A DNA stretch of 35,376 nucleotides from Octopus bimaculoides (GCF_001194135.2 NC_068983.1:1372748-1408123); one strand, 5' to 3'. Shown: positions 10,627 to 22,530, counted from the stretch's first letter. Numbers and translations are program-made. The notes: generated from the letters alone by a model not told the origin.

Positions 10627-11440
10627 TTACGACCAATAGAAAACGTGTGGCAAAGGAGTGGTAGAACTAGGTGCTGGTAATTTTTCACGATTGCCGAGTC
10701 TGCAGTACAGGTTATAGTTAGGAATAGTACTTTGTACTCCGCCTAGTCCTCGTACTTCATAAATCGAAAATGGACAAGGGTTAGGGACAATGGTTGTAGC
10801 TAAGAAACAGATTTTTTTTCAAAATCATTCAAATTAGAATCAACAGAATTTTCATAGAAGTCAAAGAACCTTTAAACCTATTCAACATACATCACCGCGT
10901 TCGGTAATGTTTAATAAGTCTTTCTGTCTTATTCATTGTTTCATTATCTTATTTTGCTACGGTTGGAGTGTCTCTGCATGTTTATTTTCTATAAAGCACA
11001 CTAAACAGCACGCCATATTTGCCTTTCTTTTGACTGAATGCATAAACGCCTGTCTCGCATGCTTAACAGGTCTCGCAGAAGCAACAGTTTTGTGGGGTTT
11101 TTTTACAGTTAAAGGGAAATAACTCTTAATCTTCAGACCTTTTCCATTTCTTTCTTTCCCGCCAGTATCAGATTCATTAGACAGGCGGACGAAATGATGC
11201 TTTGCCGTGTTTAATTACGTCCTTCTCCGATGACATCCACTTTGGCTTTACTTCTTCCCATTTTTACAAAATAATATCAGTTCAGTTATTGTAGTTGATG
11301 TAGTCCATCCTATTTACACATCTTCTTTTCAGAATCTGTAGCATCATTTCACTGTAAACATATGATTGTTGCCTGATCAATTTGCATTCACCGTAATTAT
11401 AATTATCATTTAATATTATCATTATTAATTTTCACATTAT

Positions 11441-11442
<2 letters not shown>

Positions 11443-11492
<50 letters not shown>
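11443..11492. repeat. (AAT)n microsatellite
   Basis: Direct inspection. Confidence 0.95.
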
Positions 11493-11493
<1 letters not shown>

Positions 11494-12382
11494 TCATTCT
11501 GAAATATAATTTCACACAACTTCTTAACATGCATTTTTCTAATTACTTAAATCCACATTTTGAGCACCGATTTTCATATTTAGTGTGCACACGGTATTGA
11601 ACCCAAACGGATAATTTATACATAAACCCATTTAACTTATATGTATATGTATGTATATATATATNNNNNNNNNNNNNNNNNNNNNNNNNNNNNNNNNNNN
11701 NNNNNNNNNNNNNNNNNNNNNNNNNNNNNNNNNNNNNNNNNNNNNNNNNNNNNNNNNNNNNNNNNNNNNNNNNNNNNNNNNNNNNNNNNNNNATATATAT
11801 ATATATATAATTCCTGTTTCTATACCACTACCCTCATTTAACCTTTCTATTCCTTCTTTTTTGCCCACTACCTTATCTCCTACTTAACCATTCCTTGTCG
11901 CAATCCCACTCTTTTCCATGTCTTAATAACTAACACCTTCTTTTTTAATTCCAGCCGCAGTCAATGCTGATGCGCCGCCACCAGCGTCCATTTGATGTTG
12001 TCTTCGATCTTCCATCTCATTCTGATAATTCACAAATCCATCCATTACTCAGCAAATCAATGAGGATGGTAAAACATGTAACGTGCGTGCTATAGGTATC
12101 TTGCGCTGAGCGATTTGTTGCGTTCAATGTGCTACGAAGAGAAGATCTACATGGCTTTGGTTGGGAGGTCAAACAACGGACGTTGCCTCGTTTCATGTTC
12201 CTATTGTTGGGTAGGAAATAGGGATGTGTCTGTCATGAAACATTTCTGAAGCTAATCAGGAAAGATAAGTGTAGTTTGAAACAAGAAGTAATTAGGGCCA
12301 GTTATGACATTATACATTACGTTCAGATTCAGCGTGTATTTATCCCACGCACACACAAACATTCGCATGCAAGCTCACAGAG

Positions 12383-12396
12383 GCGCCCTCTGTTGG
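12383..12396 (-). promoter_or_regulatory. CTCF-like motif CCAACAGAGGGCGC
   Basis: One mismatch to the CCASYAGRKGGCRS consensus, in non-repetitive sequence. Motif match only. Confidence 0.25.
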
Positions 12397-12584
12397 ATTA
12401 ATCGACCTGTTATAGCCATGAAATCGCTCACGTGCCAAACTTTGCTGTCTAAAAACAAAGCGAAAACAGCCGACATGTTTATCCAATCATATGTTCGTTG
12501 ATTATCACTGAAAATAGCAGCAGAATGACTACGGAAGGAATATTTTGATCAAAGGATTATTTAATCAAACCATCCCTGGAGCTA

Positions 12585-12756
12585 ATCAACAACAACAACA
12601 ACAACAATAACAGCAGCAGCAAGAACAACAACAGCATCAGCAGCAGTAACACTATCACCACCACCAACAACACCGGCAACAACACATTAGGAAACAAACA
12701 CATGCATACATACTCGGCCATACATGCACGCATGCACACAGACACACACAGACACA

Positions 12757-12852
<96 letters not shown>

Positions 12853-12870
12853 AACACACACACACACGAG
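12585..12870. repeat. (CAA/CAG)n and (CA)n microsatellites
   Basis: Direct inspection. Confidence 0.9.
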
Positions 12871-13216
12871 TGCATTCATATATATTTACATGCAGAATTC
12901 TTTCAACATGCGAACGGAGGAGAATGTCTCTAACCGTTTGAACGACCGGCTAGAAATAGAAACCAAATCATTTTCAAATCACCCCATAACATCTGAAAAA
13001 AAGGAAGAGAAAAAAAAATGTCACATTTGATAAATTTTATCCTCTAAATTCCCTAAAAGAGATGATCACGACTGGAATGTCTCTCCTCATGTCTCCTAGA
13101 TTAAGATTAACATAAGGCGAAACAAGAGTTACTTAAGCATGCACACACATGCACACGCATGCACACAAGAACGCATGCCCACACTGGCCGACTCACGTAC
13201 ACACACGCACACAGTT

Positions 13217-13254
<38 letters not shown>

Positions 13255-13759
13255 ACTCGTAGACGCATACACACAGAATACACGGTCTCTTTCTCTCTCC
13301 GTCTCTCTCACTCTCTCACACAAACACTCACACACTCTCTCACACTCACACACATACACGCATACGTACACAGACGCACACATACACACACACAACTTTT
13401 GGATTCATTTCAATCCCACATCATTTGAACATAGGCTGGATTAAACGAATCGGTAGAGCGTCCGTATTTATTTATACCCTAATCCATTTACCAGCGAGGT
13501 CACCTTTATTCTTCTGGGGTCGATCAAATAAAGTACCAGCTATGTACTTGGGTCCATACATAGCCAACTCTACAAGACAGTAGTGGGAGTAGCAGTAGTA
13601 GTAGTGTGAGGGCATCCGCTGTAACATCGCTGTAACATCGCTGTGACAGCGTGTCGCTGCATCCATCGTTTCTTGGTGACTCTCCTCTGCTCTTGGCGGA
13701 TGACATCTCTGCAAAACTCATGCGACATTCCTCCAACCCCTCAAACCGTGGGTCTGGTT

Positions 13760-14010
13760 TGAGTAGTTGTTGCTGGTGGGGTTTTTACGACGTCGGAGTG
13801 CAAATCCTACCTCATCCCCTTTTAATCGCTTTTACGATAGGCAGAAGAAACGTTGGGTCTATTCTTTGGTATGCCGGTTCCTACACCGCATCGGAGCAAC
13901 GTCGAATGAAATGTTTGGCTACAGAACACAACGCGCTGCCCGGTCAGAGACTCGAAACTGTGACCTAACCATCGTGAGTGCAACAGCTTGTCCACTAGGC
14001 CATGTACCTC
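13760..14010 (-). mobile_element. tRNA-derived SINE, type C (degenerate)
   Basis: Reverse complement begins GGAGGTACATGGCCTAGTGG (A box) and has GTTTCGAGTC (B-box-like), then GCGTTGTGTTC. Confidence 0.6.
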
Positions 14011-14060
14011 CATAGTACAGTTTCCTTAAACCTGTTACCTCTTGCTAATGCTTCTTAATG

Positions 14061-14332
14061 CAGGGAGGTGCAAAAGTGGAAAGTTATGGAAAAAAAAAAA
14101 AGAAAAAATGTACAATACTCATTATTTTTATGAAAATATTAAAAGTTTGCTGCATTTTTGATATTTTCAGTGTCGTTAATCGCAATAATACATTTACCAT
14201 AACTATGATGATACATTTATCATAATTATGATAATATTTTTATCGTAATTTTAAAATTTTTGATAAAAATAATTGAGCGTTGTACTCGTTTCCTTTTTCT
14301 CAAAACTGTATACCGACTTTTGCAGCCGACTG
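14061..14332. mobile_element. Putative Tc1/mariner-type MITE
   Basis: Imperfect terminal inverted repeats CAGGGAGGTGCAAAAGTGG and CCGACTTTTGCAGCCGACTG, TA on the right flank, AT-rich interior. Confidence 0.45.
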
Positions 14333-14384
14333 TATATTGGTTTGAAATTTTGGTACAAGATTGGTAATTTCGTTCAGAAATAAA

Positions 14385-14549
14385 TCAATCACATCAACCC
14401 CTGTGCTCAACTGGTACTTATTATGTTGACCCCCACCCCCAGAAGAATAAAAAAGTTGACCTCGGCAGAATTTGAACTTAGAACTTAAAGACGGACGAAG
14501 TGGAGTCAAATAGTTTGTCTGTCGCGGTAACGATTCTGCCAGCTCACCG
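14385..14549 (-). mobile_element. SINE type A (degenerate)
   Basis: GACCTCGGCAGAATTTGAACT...ATTCTGCCAGCTC on the + strand. Confidence 0.75.
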
Positions 14550-14759
14550 TATTGCTGGAAATACATTGTGAAACATTAGTTGTTAAATAATTAACATAAA
14601 TTAGCATAAATTAGTGTAATGTATACGTGTATAGAATAAACAGCATTTCACACACGCATCAAAAGCCAGATTTTTCCATAAGTCCTAACAATTGTATAGT
14701 TATGATTTCGAAATTCTGAGGTATCACTTTGTCCTTAACCAATATCTAGTTTCCATAAC

Positions 14760-14823
<64 letters not shown>

Positions 14824-14979
14824 NNNNNNNNNNGAGACACATACACACATACATACATACATACATATATAAGTCTTACAACCATCATGGGCTGTAATCA
14901 CCTGCCTTAGCTAAAAATCGTACACCTCCATAACTCTTTGAGGGAAACTTAAAAAGCCCGTCATATATATATTTTAACT

Positions 14980-15110
14980 TTTCTTTTTTTTTTACTTGTT
15001 TCAGTCATTAGAATACAGCCATGCTGGGGCACAGCGCTGAAGAATTTATTTAGCCAAATATCTCGATCCCACTACATTTTTTTAAAGCCTGATACTTTTA
15101 ATACCCATCG
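14980..15110 (-). mobile_element. SINE type B, 3' fragment
   Basis: TTTTACTTGTTTCAGTCATT...GCCATGCTGGGGCAC. Confidence 0.65.
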
Positions 15111-15224
15111 AAACATGCAGTACAAAAAAAAAAAAAAAGGATCTTTTCATTCGTCGTTTTCGTGTTCCCTTTGAAATCATTATCCTAACTTGACCATGAA
15201 ATTAAGCAGCTATAGGAATAGATC

Positions 15225-15525
15225 CAATAACATCTCTCACCTTATTTATTCGTGAATGATGTGAAGCTGTATGCGCCAAGTACTAAACATATCAAAAGAA
15301 AACAGGATCTCATAAAACAATTCTCCACCGAAACTGGAATAAGATCTTTTCAGTTCAAATTTTGGGTTTCAGCGTGGGAGGAAATTTGTGATCTTATCCA
15401 AGACTCTAAACATGGATTACCTAAAAATTCAGCCTTTACTGTATGGGGAATGGTACAAGTATCATGGACAGGATGAGAATATCAGCTGTGAAGGACCGTT
15501 CAAGAAAGAGGGGAAAATACTTCCA
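15225..15525 (+). mobile_element. R4/Dong-like LINE reverse transcriptase fragment (frameshifted)
   Basis: VNDVKLYAPS...IKQFSTETG recalls the MDDLKLYA catalytic region; EWYKYHGQDENI recalls the YKYLG motif. Confidence 0.75.
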
Positions 15526-15610
15526 GAAATTTTTAAAGATACGGCATCTGATCTCTCACGTTATAACCACCATATCTCTCCGTTAATTTCCAATGCGAGA
15601 GATCTCCTGG

Positions 15611-15651
<41 letters not shown>

Positions 15652-15735
15652 TATACATATATATATACATATATATATGCATATATGTATAAATATATAA
15701 ATATATATATATATACACATATACGCATATAAGTG

Positions 15736-15770
<35 letters not shown>

Positions 15771-15867
15771 ATGTGAATGTATGTATATATGTACATATAT
15801 GTATGTATATTTATATACATATGTGTATATATGCATGTATATAAATATGTATGTGTACAGATATCTA

Positions 15868-16080
15868 TGTGCGTATTTGTGTTTGTCCTCCACCATCGCT
15901 TGACAGTGTTAGTGTGTTTATGTCCACGTAACCTAGTGGTGCGGCAAAAAAGACCGATAGAATAAGTAGCAACCTTTAAAAATAGTACTGGAGTCGATGC
16001 ATTTGACTAAAATAACTTTTCAAGGGGGTGTTTCAGCATAGCCGCAGTCAAATCACTGTAAGAAGTAAAAGATAAAAGAT
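15868..16080 (+). mobile_element. SINE type B, 3' half, after a compound TA/CA/TG microsatellite (15612-15860)
   Basis: CCATCGCTTGAC...GGCAAAAAAGACCGATAGAATAAGTA...AGCCGCAGTCAAAT...AAAAGAT. Confidence 0.75.
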
Positions 16081-16100
16081 ATATTCCATGGGATTCTTTA

Positions 16101-16237
16101 AGTTTCCATCTACCAAATTCACTCACAAGGCTTTGGTCAGCCCGAGGTTACAGCAGAAGACCCTTGCCCAATGTGCCATTTAGTAGGACTGATCCCGAAT
16201 TGTGTGGTTGGGAAGAAAACGTCTTACTACGCATGCA
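16101..16237 (-). mobile_element. SINE type B, 5' half
   Basis: GTTTCCATCTACCAAATTCACTCACAAGGCTTTGGTC on the + strand. Confidence 0.7.
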
Positions 16238-16266
16238 TATACCAGTGTGTGTGTATGTGTGTGCGC

Positions 16267-16316
<50 letters not shown>

Positions 16317-16509
16317 TTGTGTTTGTGTATGTGTGTGTGTGTCTGTGTGTGTATGCAAACAAACACACACATGCCTATATATGTATATATGGATCAAAAC
16401 AGTTTGATGAAAATTCATTGGAAATTTCAACTTTCAAACCGAAATACTGAGCCTCAGCCATTCGAAACATATAGATGCAAATGCATTTATATATCCGCAG
16501 GCATGGAAC

Positions 16510-16673
16510 AGGCACAGGCATGGCTGTGTGTTAAGATGTTTGCTTCCCAACTACGTTGTTCCAGGTTCAGTCCCACTACGTGGCAACTTGGGCAAGTGTC
16601 TTCTACTATAGCCTCAGACTGACTAAAGCCTTGTGAGTGGTATCTAATAGATGGAAACTGAAAGAGGACCGTC

Positions 16674-16680
<7 letters not shown>
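16510..16680 (+). mobile_element. SINE type B, 5' half, running into (TA)n
   Basis: GGCTGTGTGTTAAG (A-box-like), GGTTCAGTCCC (B-box-like), CTTGGGCAAGTG (CORE-like). Confidence 0.8.
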
Positions 16681-16734
<54 letters not shown>

Positions 16735-16735
<1 letters not shown>

Positions 16736-16980
16736 TATTTACATTATTTACATTTGACGGATATTTGTCCTCATCTTGTTTGTTGTCAACACAACGTTTC
16801 GGCTGATATACCCTCCAGCCTTCGTCAGGTGTCTTGGGGAAATTTTGAACCTGGGTTCTCATTCCTAACGATGTTACTATTATTATATTATTATTATTAG
16901 GTCGCTGCCGTGAATCGAACTCAGAATCTTCGGGTTAGTAGCCCGCGCTCTTAACCACTACGCCATATGCCCGTGGGCAT
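16735..16980 (-). mobile_element. tRNA-headed SINE, type D, carrying a hammerhead ribozyme motif
   Basis: Head 16972-16900 has A box TGGCGTAGTGG, anticodon-like arm CGGG-CTACTAA-CCCG and B box GTTCGATTC, but no acceptor stem. It is followed by (TAA)n-like sequence, the HHR and a short repeated tail. Confidence 0.75.
16788..16833 (-). ncRNA. Minimal type I hammerhead ribozyme motif (dimer type)
   Basis: GACAC-CUGACGA-A-GGCUG(10-nt loop)CAGCC-GAAA-CGU-U-GUGUU. Intact core, 5-bp stems I and II, palindromic ACGU as helix III. Confidence 0.7.
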
Positions 16981-16983
16981 ATA

Positions 16984-17035
16984 ATTTCATTGCACTCTTG
17001 CAATCTCTTCAGAGATTGCAAGAGTGCAATGAAAT
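16984..17035. repeat. Perfect 25-bp hairpin with 2-nt loop
   Basis: ATTTCATTGCACTCTTGCAATCTCT-TC-AGAGATTGCAAGAGTGCAATGAAAT. Confidence 0.95.
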
Positions 17036-17451
17036 GATTTAACAAAAAAACTAAATGCTGTTTATAAATTAATAAAGGACTGAACCAGTGCGTGTGTTTA
17101 TTACCGGCATAACGCCTCTCCCAAAGTTTAATTGTATTTCTTTCAACACACGTATCCACATCATGAATCTTGCACACGAAATACACGTACGAAATATATA
17201 TAAAAATTTAAGAAATTATGTTGCATGATTCCTAATCTGAAACCGTGTGCTGAAACAGGTATTGTTGCATTTCGGGATGGTAATTTGTTGCCAAATAACA
17301 CACACTATATATTTCATCTTCACACGTTAATTACTGGTATGACAAAAAAAGAAAAAGAAAAATAGTGTCTTCATGTTTGTTGGTGAATTAACATAACGTT
17401 TTAGAAAAGCATTAGATAACGTTAATCTAACGTTTGTCAGTGCTCTACTAA

Positions 17452-17600
17452 GGTGCCCGAGCAGAACATAGAGGCCCGTTCAATAACATAGAGGTTCAGG
17501 TATTATGAACGCATAGAAATGACACGACACTTAGGCAGATTACAGATGCCATCCACATAGTAATAGACAGAGCGAACCTCAATAGAAAACACGATGGAAC
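17452..17600 (+). pseudogene. Decayed C-terminal GIY-YIG endonuclease fragment, Penelope-like retroelement
   Basis: Frame of 17461 reads AEHRGPFNNIEVQVL*THRNDTTLRQITDAIHIVIDRANLNRKHDG, resembling the H..F...IL...R...EA..I.....LN tail of PLE endonucleases. One stop, so missed by the ORF track. Recognised by eye. Confidence 0.5.
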
Positions 17601-17854
17601 ACTAACACGACATCACGCAACACGACGGCTAAAGACAGAAGAGAGGAAAAAAGGAACAGGTACAAACAGTGTAATACACAAACAAAAGACAAACATTCAC
17701 ATACCTAAGATAAATATAAGAAATTGAGATAAATACGAGAGACAGAGACAGGTGGAAACAAGGAACATGCCCCTTGTATTTGAATATTATACAAATATTC
17801 TTTTAAAAAACATTTCATTTAATTTTTCAAAAATTTAATTGTTTTCCATTCTTA

Positions 17855-17890
17855 CAGTTGAAAAAGTCTCGATGACCGAAACCGGTACTG
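17855..17890 (+). ncRNA. Minimal hammerhead-like motif (U3-A8 variant)
   Basis: CAG-UUGAAAA-A-GUC(UCGAU)GAC-C-GAAA-CCGGU-A-CUG. Palindromic ACCGGU, 3-bp stem I, imperfect base of stem II. Confidence 0.45.
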
Positions 17891-17940
17891 AAATGTTTTT
17901 ATCAAATAATTTTAGTATCTACTACTTCGACATTTTTTCC

Positions 17941-17975
<35 letters not shown>

Positions 17976-20339
17976 AAGGGCACGGATATAAACAAGATAC
18001 TTTGCAAACCCATATACGCACACAAACACGCATATAGTAACTTCACAAAGGCAGCAACAGCAACATCAGCAACACGACCGAGAACCACGTTAAGAACAAT
18101 AACATGAACGATCACACAAAAACAGAAAGATAAAAGAACAATATCAAAAGCAAGGGTCAAGAAGAACAACAACAGCAGCAGTAACAGAAGAGAAAATGTA
18201 GGGGAGGGTGGGGCAAAGTACCATAAAGACCAACGGCGATAACGATAACAACAATATAAAGAACACAAACCCATATACACACACGTAAACATACATGCGC
18301 AACATATACACGCGTACGCCCAGGTATACACACACAAACACACATACACATACACGCAGAGATGCAGACGCGTGTGCATATAATGATACACATCATAGAA
18401 GAACAGAATGGACTAAGCAGAGAAAGTGTAAGCACGAAGAGGGAAAGTGTTGCTGAGGAGGTCACAGATGAGTGATGAAAGATTACAGGAGAATGGTCAT
18501 TTGTTAGATTAAAAGCAATAATAAACGTGTGAAGAACAAACGTACAGTGCGTGTGTTTATTTGGCAAAAAAATGACCGTCCCGAAATATAAGAATCTGTA
18601 TATACACAGACACACACATGCACACACGCACACACACATATACACATATATATGTATGTATGTATGTATATATATATATATATATATATNNNNNNNNNNN
18701 NNNNNNNNNNNNNNNNNNNNNNNNNNNNNNNNNNNNNNNNNNNNNNNNNNNNNNNNNNNNNNNNNNNNNNNNNNNNNNNNNNNNNNNNNNNNNNNNNNNN
18801 NNNNNNNNNNNNNNNNNNNNNNNNNNNNNNNNNNNNNNNNNNNATATATATATATATATATATATATACAGAAATATGCGTTTGTGTGTATACGTGTGTA
18901 TGTGTGTGCTTGTGCGTGTGTGTGTGTGCTCGCATATGTTTGTGTATATCATACAATCTTCTACCATGTTAATCTTTAATAAATTTACATCGGTCACTCC
19001 AACGTTTTACCAGATGACATTTGCCAAACGTACTGCCGCGCAATGGCTTTGAAGTCGGAACCATACGCCCCGGAATCGAAGATGTATTTTCCAGTGGTGA
19101 ACGTATTCAATTGTCCAGTTTAGCAACCTTAGCCTGGTCTTAGAGCAGATTGAGTGAAGACTCTAACCCAAGGATGACGTCCCCTAGATTTCTAAGTGTT
19201 GGAGGTCATTTATTTAAGCGAAATAGAAGGCCGGGACTAATTCTTCTCTACTGCGAACCACCAAACCTCCAAATAGTAACTCGATATAATCAGAGTAGCA
19301 GTGAAACTTTCCTCATGAAATTACATATTGTCTTTATAGTTCAACAATGAAGCCTGTTTGCTGTCGTTCGATCTTCTAGAAAGAGTAACCGAGTTCTCGA
19401 TAATTATCAACTAGTTTCTTAGATATACAGTGGGGATGGTTAAGGCATATTTGATCACAAGGCTGGCTAGTCTGGATTGACCGACGACTAAACGACAAGA
19501 AAAACAGGCTCTCTTAAAATAGGAACCCTTAATTTGGTCCTAAATCTCGGCTCATAATTCAAAAACGATGTTCTCACTACCTTTGTAGGAATATATATGC
19601 AGGCCGAACATCAAGTAATTTACATATGGCCATCAGCAATGGAGGAGTTGCTAGGTATTTGTAGCTAATGGCTTTTGAAAGCTGTGATTTATTGGCCGTT
19701 TCAAAGACAACCTTTAACAAATATAGCATCAGCATTTACACTGTTATTCAAACGTGTACGATCTTGCACTTCCTCACTGAGTCATTCCTCGTCTCAGCTG
19801 TCTGTGACCAAGAATGTCTGAATTCTTAGATTATAGATATACCCATCTCATACAGTTTACTCAAACATTTTGAGAACACCTACCCAGTACCATAAACCTC
19901 AACCTAATGTGATCCACACTCACAGTGAGAAAAAGGACAAACTATTGATTAGAGTGTAATATTGTGTTTAATATTGTTCATTTCTTTAATGAAAATATAA
20001 TTTCTTTTTGTAGATTCTTTGCGATTGTGGTTTTTACATCACTTCTTAATCGATCTCTTATTTCACTAACAGAATGAAAATCAACGATCTGTCAGTTGTA
20101 TCAAATGGACGACTCGATCACCTGCTAAAATACAGTGATGCAGTACTGTGGTAATGATTAAAATAAAGTGATACAGTTGATGCTTTTTTTGTTTCTGACA
20201 GGAGTTTATTTACTGATAATTATTTATTAAATTGTCTTGTTTTTATAGCTTCACGCAACACTACAATTAATAAAGAATTGTAATTAATAACAAATTTGTG
20301 TTCTTGTTTGATTATTATTTTGGTATGGCTCAGATTTGG

Positions 20340-21030
20340 TCTTATTCCTGGTAGGATTTATTTAGGTAGCGGGTTACTACCCGTAACATTTGGTATCCAT
20401 TAGTTTTCATTAGTCTTTCAAGTTCTTAGAACCCTCCTGATAATCCTTGCTGTCCCTAAGAGGCCAACTTTCTGGAGGATCTCTAGCAGTCGTTCTATTT
20501 CAATCTCTTTCAGCCATTTGTCTATATTTTGGTTTACTGCTCTCGACGCACCAATTATTACAGGCACGACCTTTACTGTTCACATGCTCCAAATTCTTCC
20601 TATTGCAAACTTTTGAGGATTGTATTATTTTGATTTTCTTCCTTCTTTTTACGATCCTGGAATCAAACGAACATGATGGACCGATAAGTAAGCAGCTTCG
20701 CTTTTCCTTATCTGTGGTTGTAATTCCTGGTCTATTGTTTTCTAATGTTTTGCCCATTTAAATAGGAAAGTCTCACAAAATCTTACATTTCTCCGATTCG
20801 ATGATTTTACCATGTATTTCCAGCTTCATATTCCCATCTCTGGCACACTTTCCGATGTATAACTTTTCAACATGGTTGTGCCTCCATTTCTTATATCCTT
20901 CCTGTGCCACCTTGCGGCATTCTTCCACAATGTTTGCCACTGTCTAGTCCCAAGTTCGACAAGCGCCGCATATTTATGACGCATTCTCTCTCTATATATA
21001 TTATTTATCAAGTTTGTTCTTATCGCTTGA
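20340..21030 (-). mobile_element. R4/Dong-like LINE 3' fragment (CCHC knuckle region and restriction-like endonuclease), decayed
   Basis: TLENNRPGITTTDKEKRSCLLIGPSCSFDSRI and LQKVGLLGTARIIRRVL* in shifted frames. Confidence 0.85.
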
Positions 21031-21223
21031 TCTTGGGTTGCTAAGGGATATGCTCAACTGGTTAAGATCAAACGACTAACAAGCAAGTCTGCGGTATTGA
21101 GCAGAATATTTGCTGTAGCACATCTTTTCTACCAAGACAAAACAATGTACATTATAACACTTCCAATCAGTTAAGATGAGAAGCCATGAGAACCACTGCC
21201 TGGTACTGCATCAGGGCATTTTA

Positions 21224-21224
<1 letters not shown>

Positions 21225-21282
<58 letters not shown>

Positions 21283-22530
21283 GTTCAGTAGTTTTATTTT
21301 TATAACGTGCTTTCACTTCACTACCGAGCGCAGCTCTGTGCGCCTTGGGTATGTGCTGTGGTTTGCTGTGGTGCTCTTATGTTTACTGTATTGAAAGTGT
21401 TTTGCGTAGGATGTGTGCAGTACCCAGTAGTGCAATTTTCTGTATGTTATATATATTTGTAAGNNNNNNNNNNNNNNNNNNNNNNNNNNNNNNNNNNNNN
21501 NNNNNNNNNNNNNNNNNNNNNNNNNNNNNNNNNNNNNNNNNNNNNNNNNNNNNNNNNNNNNNNNNNNNNNNNNNNNNNNNNNNNNNNNNNNNNNNNNNNN
21601 NNNNNNNNNNNNNNNNNNNNNNNNNNNNNNNNNNNNNNNNNNNNNNNNNNNNNNNNNNNNNNNNNNNNNNNNNNNNNNNNNNNNNNNNNNNNNNNNNNNN
21701 NNNNNNNNNNNNNNNNNNNNNNNNNNNNNNNNNNNNNNNNNNNNNNNNNNNNNNNNNNNNNNNNNNNNNNNNNNNNNNNNNNNNNNNNNNNNNNNNNNNN
21801 NNNNNNNNNNNNNNNNNNNNNNNNNNNNNNNNNNNNNNNNNNNNNNNNNNNNNNNNNNNNNNNNNNNNNNNNNNNNNNNNNNNNNNNNNNNNNNNNNNNN
21901 NNNNNNNNNNNNNNNNNNNNNNNNNNNNNNNNNNNNNNNNNNNNNNNNNNNNNNNNNNNNNNNNNNNNNNNNNNNNNNNNNNNNNNNNNNNNNNNNNNNN
22001 NNNNNNNNNNNNNNNNNNNNNNNNNNNNNNNNNNNNNNNNNNNNNNNNNNNNNNNNNNNNNNNNNNNNNNNNNNNNNNNNNNNNNNNNNNNNNNNNNNNN
22101 NNNNNNNNNNNNNNNNNNNNNNNNNNNNNNNNNNNNNNNNNNNNNNNNNNNNNNNNNNNNNNNNNNNNNNNNNNNNNNNNNNNNNNNNNNNNNNNNNNNN
22201 NNNNNNNNNNNNNNNNNNNNNNNNNNNNNNNNNNNNNNNNNNNNNNNNNNNNNNNNNNNNNNNNNNNNNNNNNNNNNNNNNNNNNNNNNNNNNNNNNNNN
22301 NNNNNNNNNNNNNNNNNNNNNNNNNNNNNNNNNNNNNNTCCCTTGCTTCTGGAGTAGGTATTTTTGCAGTCCTATAGTGGTTATTTTATAATAGTTTTCT
22401 AGCTGTATAAGACCCATGCCACCTTCTGTGCGTTGTATATATAGCCTTTCTATGTCAGATTTTGGGTGGTGCATCCTATATCCTGTCATTTTTCTTGTTT
22501 TCCTGTCTATTTTACATAGTTCGTTTAGTG
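21225..22530 (-). mobile_element. 5'-truncated R4/Dong-like LINE spanning a gap, with (TAA)n tail
   Basis: HHPKSDIERLYIQRTEGGMGLIQLE before the gap and IQKIALLGTAHILRKTLSIQ* after it, then 3' UTR and tail. Confidence 0.85.

Noticed and set aside
16900-16972. Functional tRNA-Ser(ACT)
   Set aside because: There is no acceptor-stem pairing, the T stem is mismatched, and it is joined to a repeat body. Treated as a SINE head.
17506-17508. In-frame TGA in the GIY-YIG remnant as selenocysteine
   Set aside because: No SECIS was identified and upstream codons also contain stops. Simple decay explains it.
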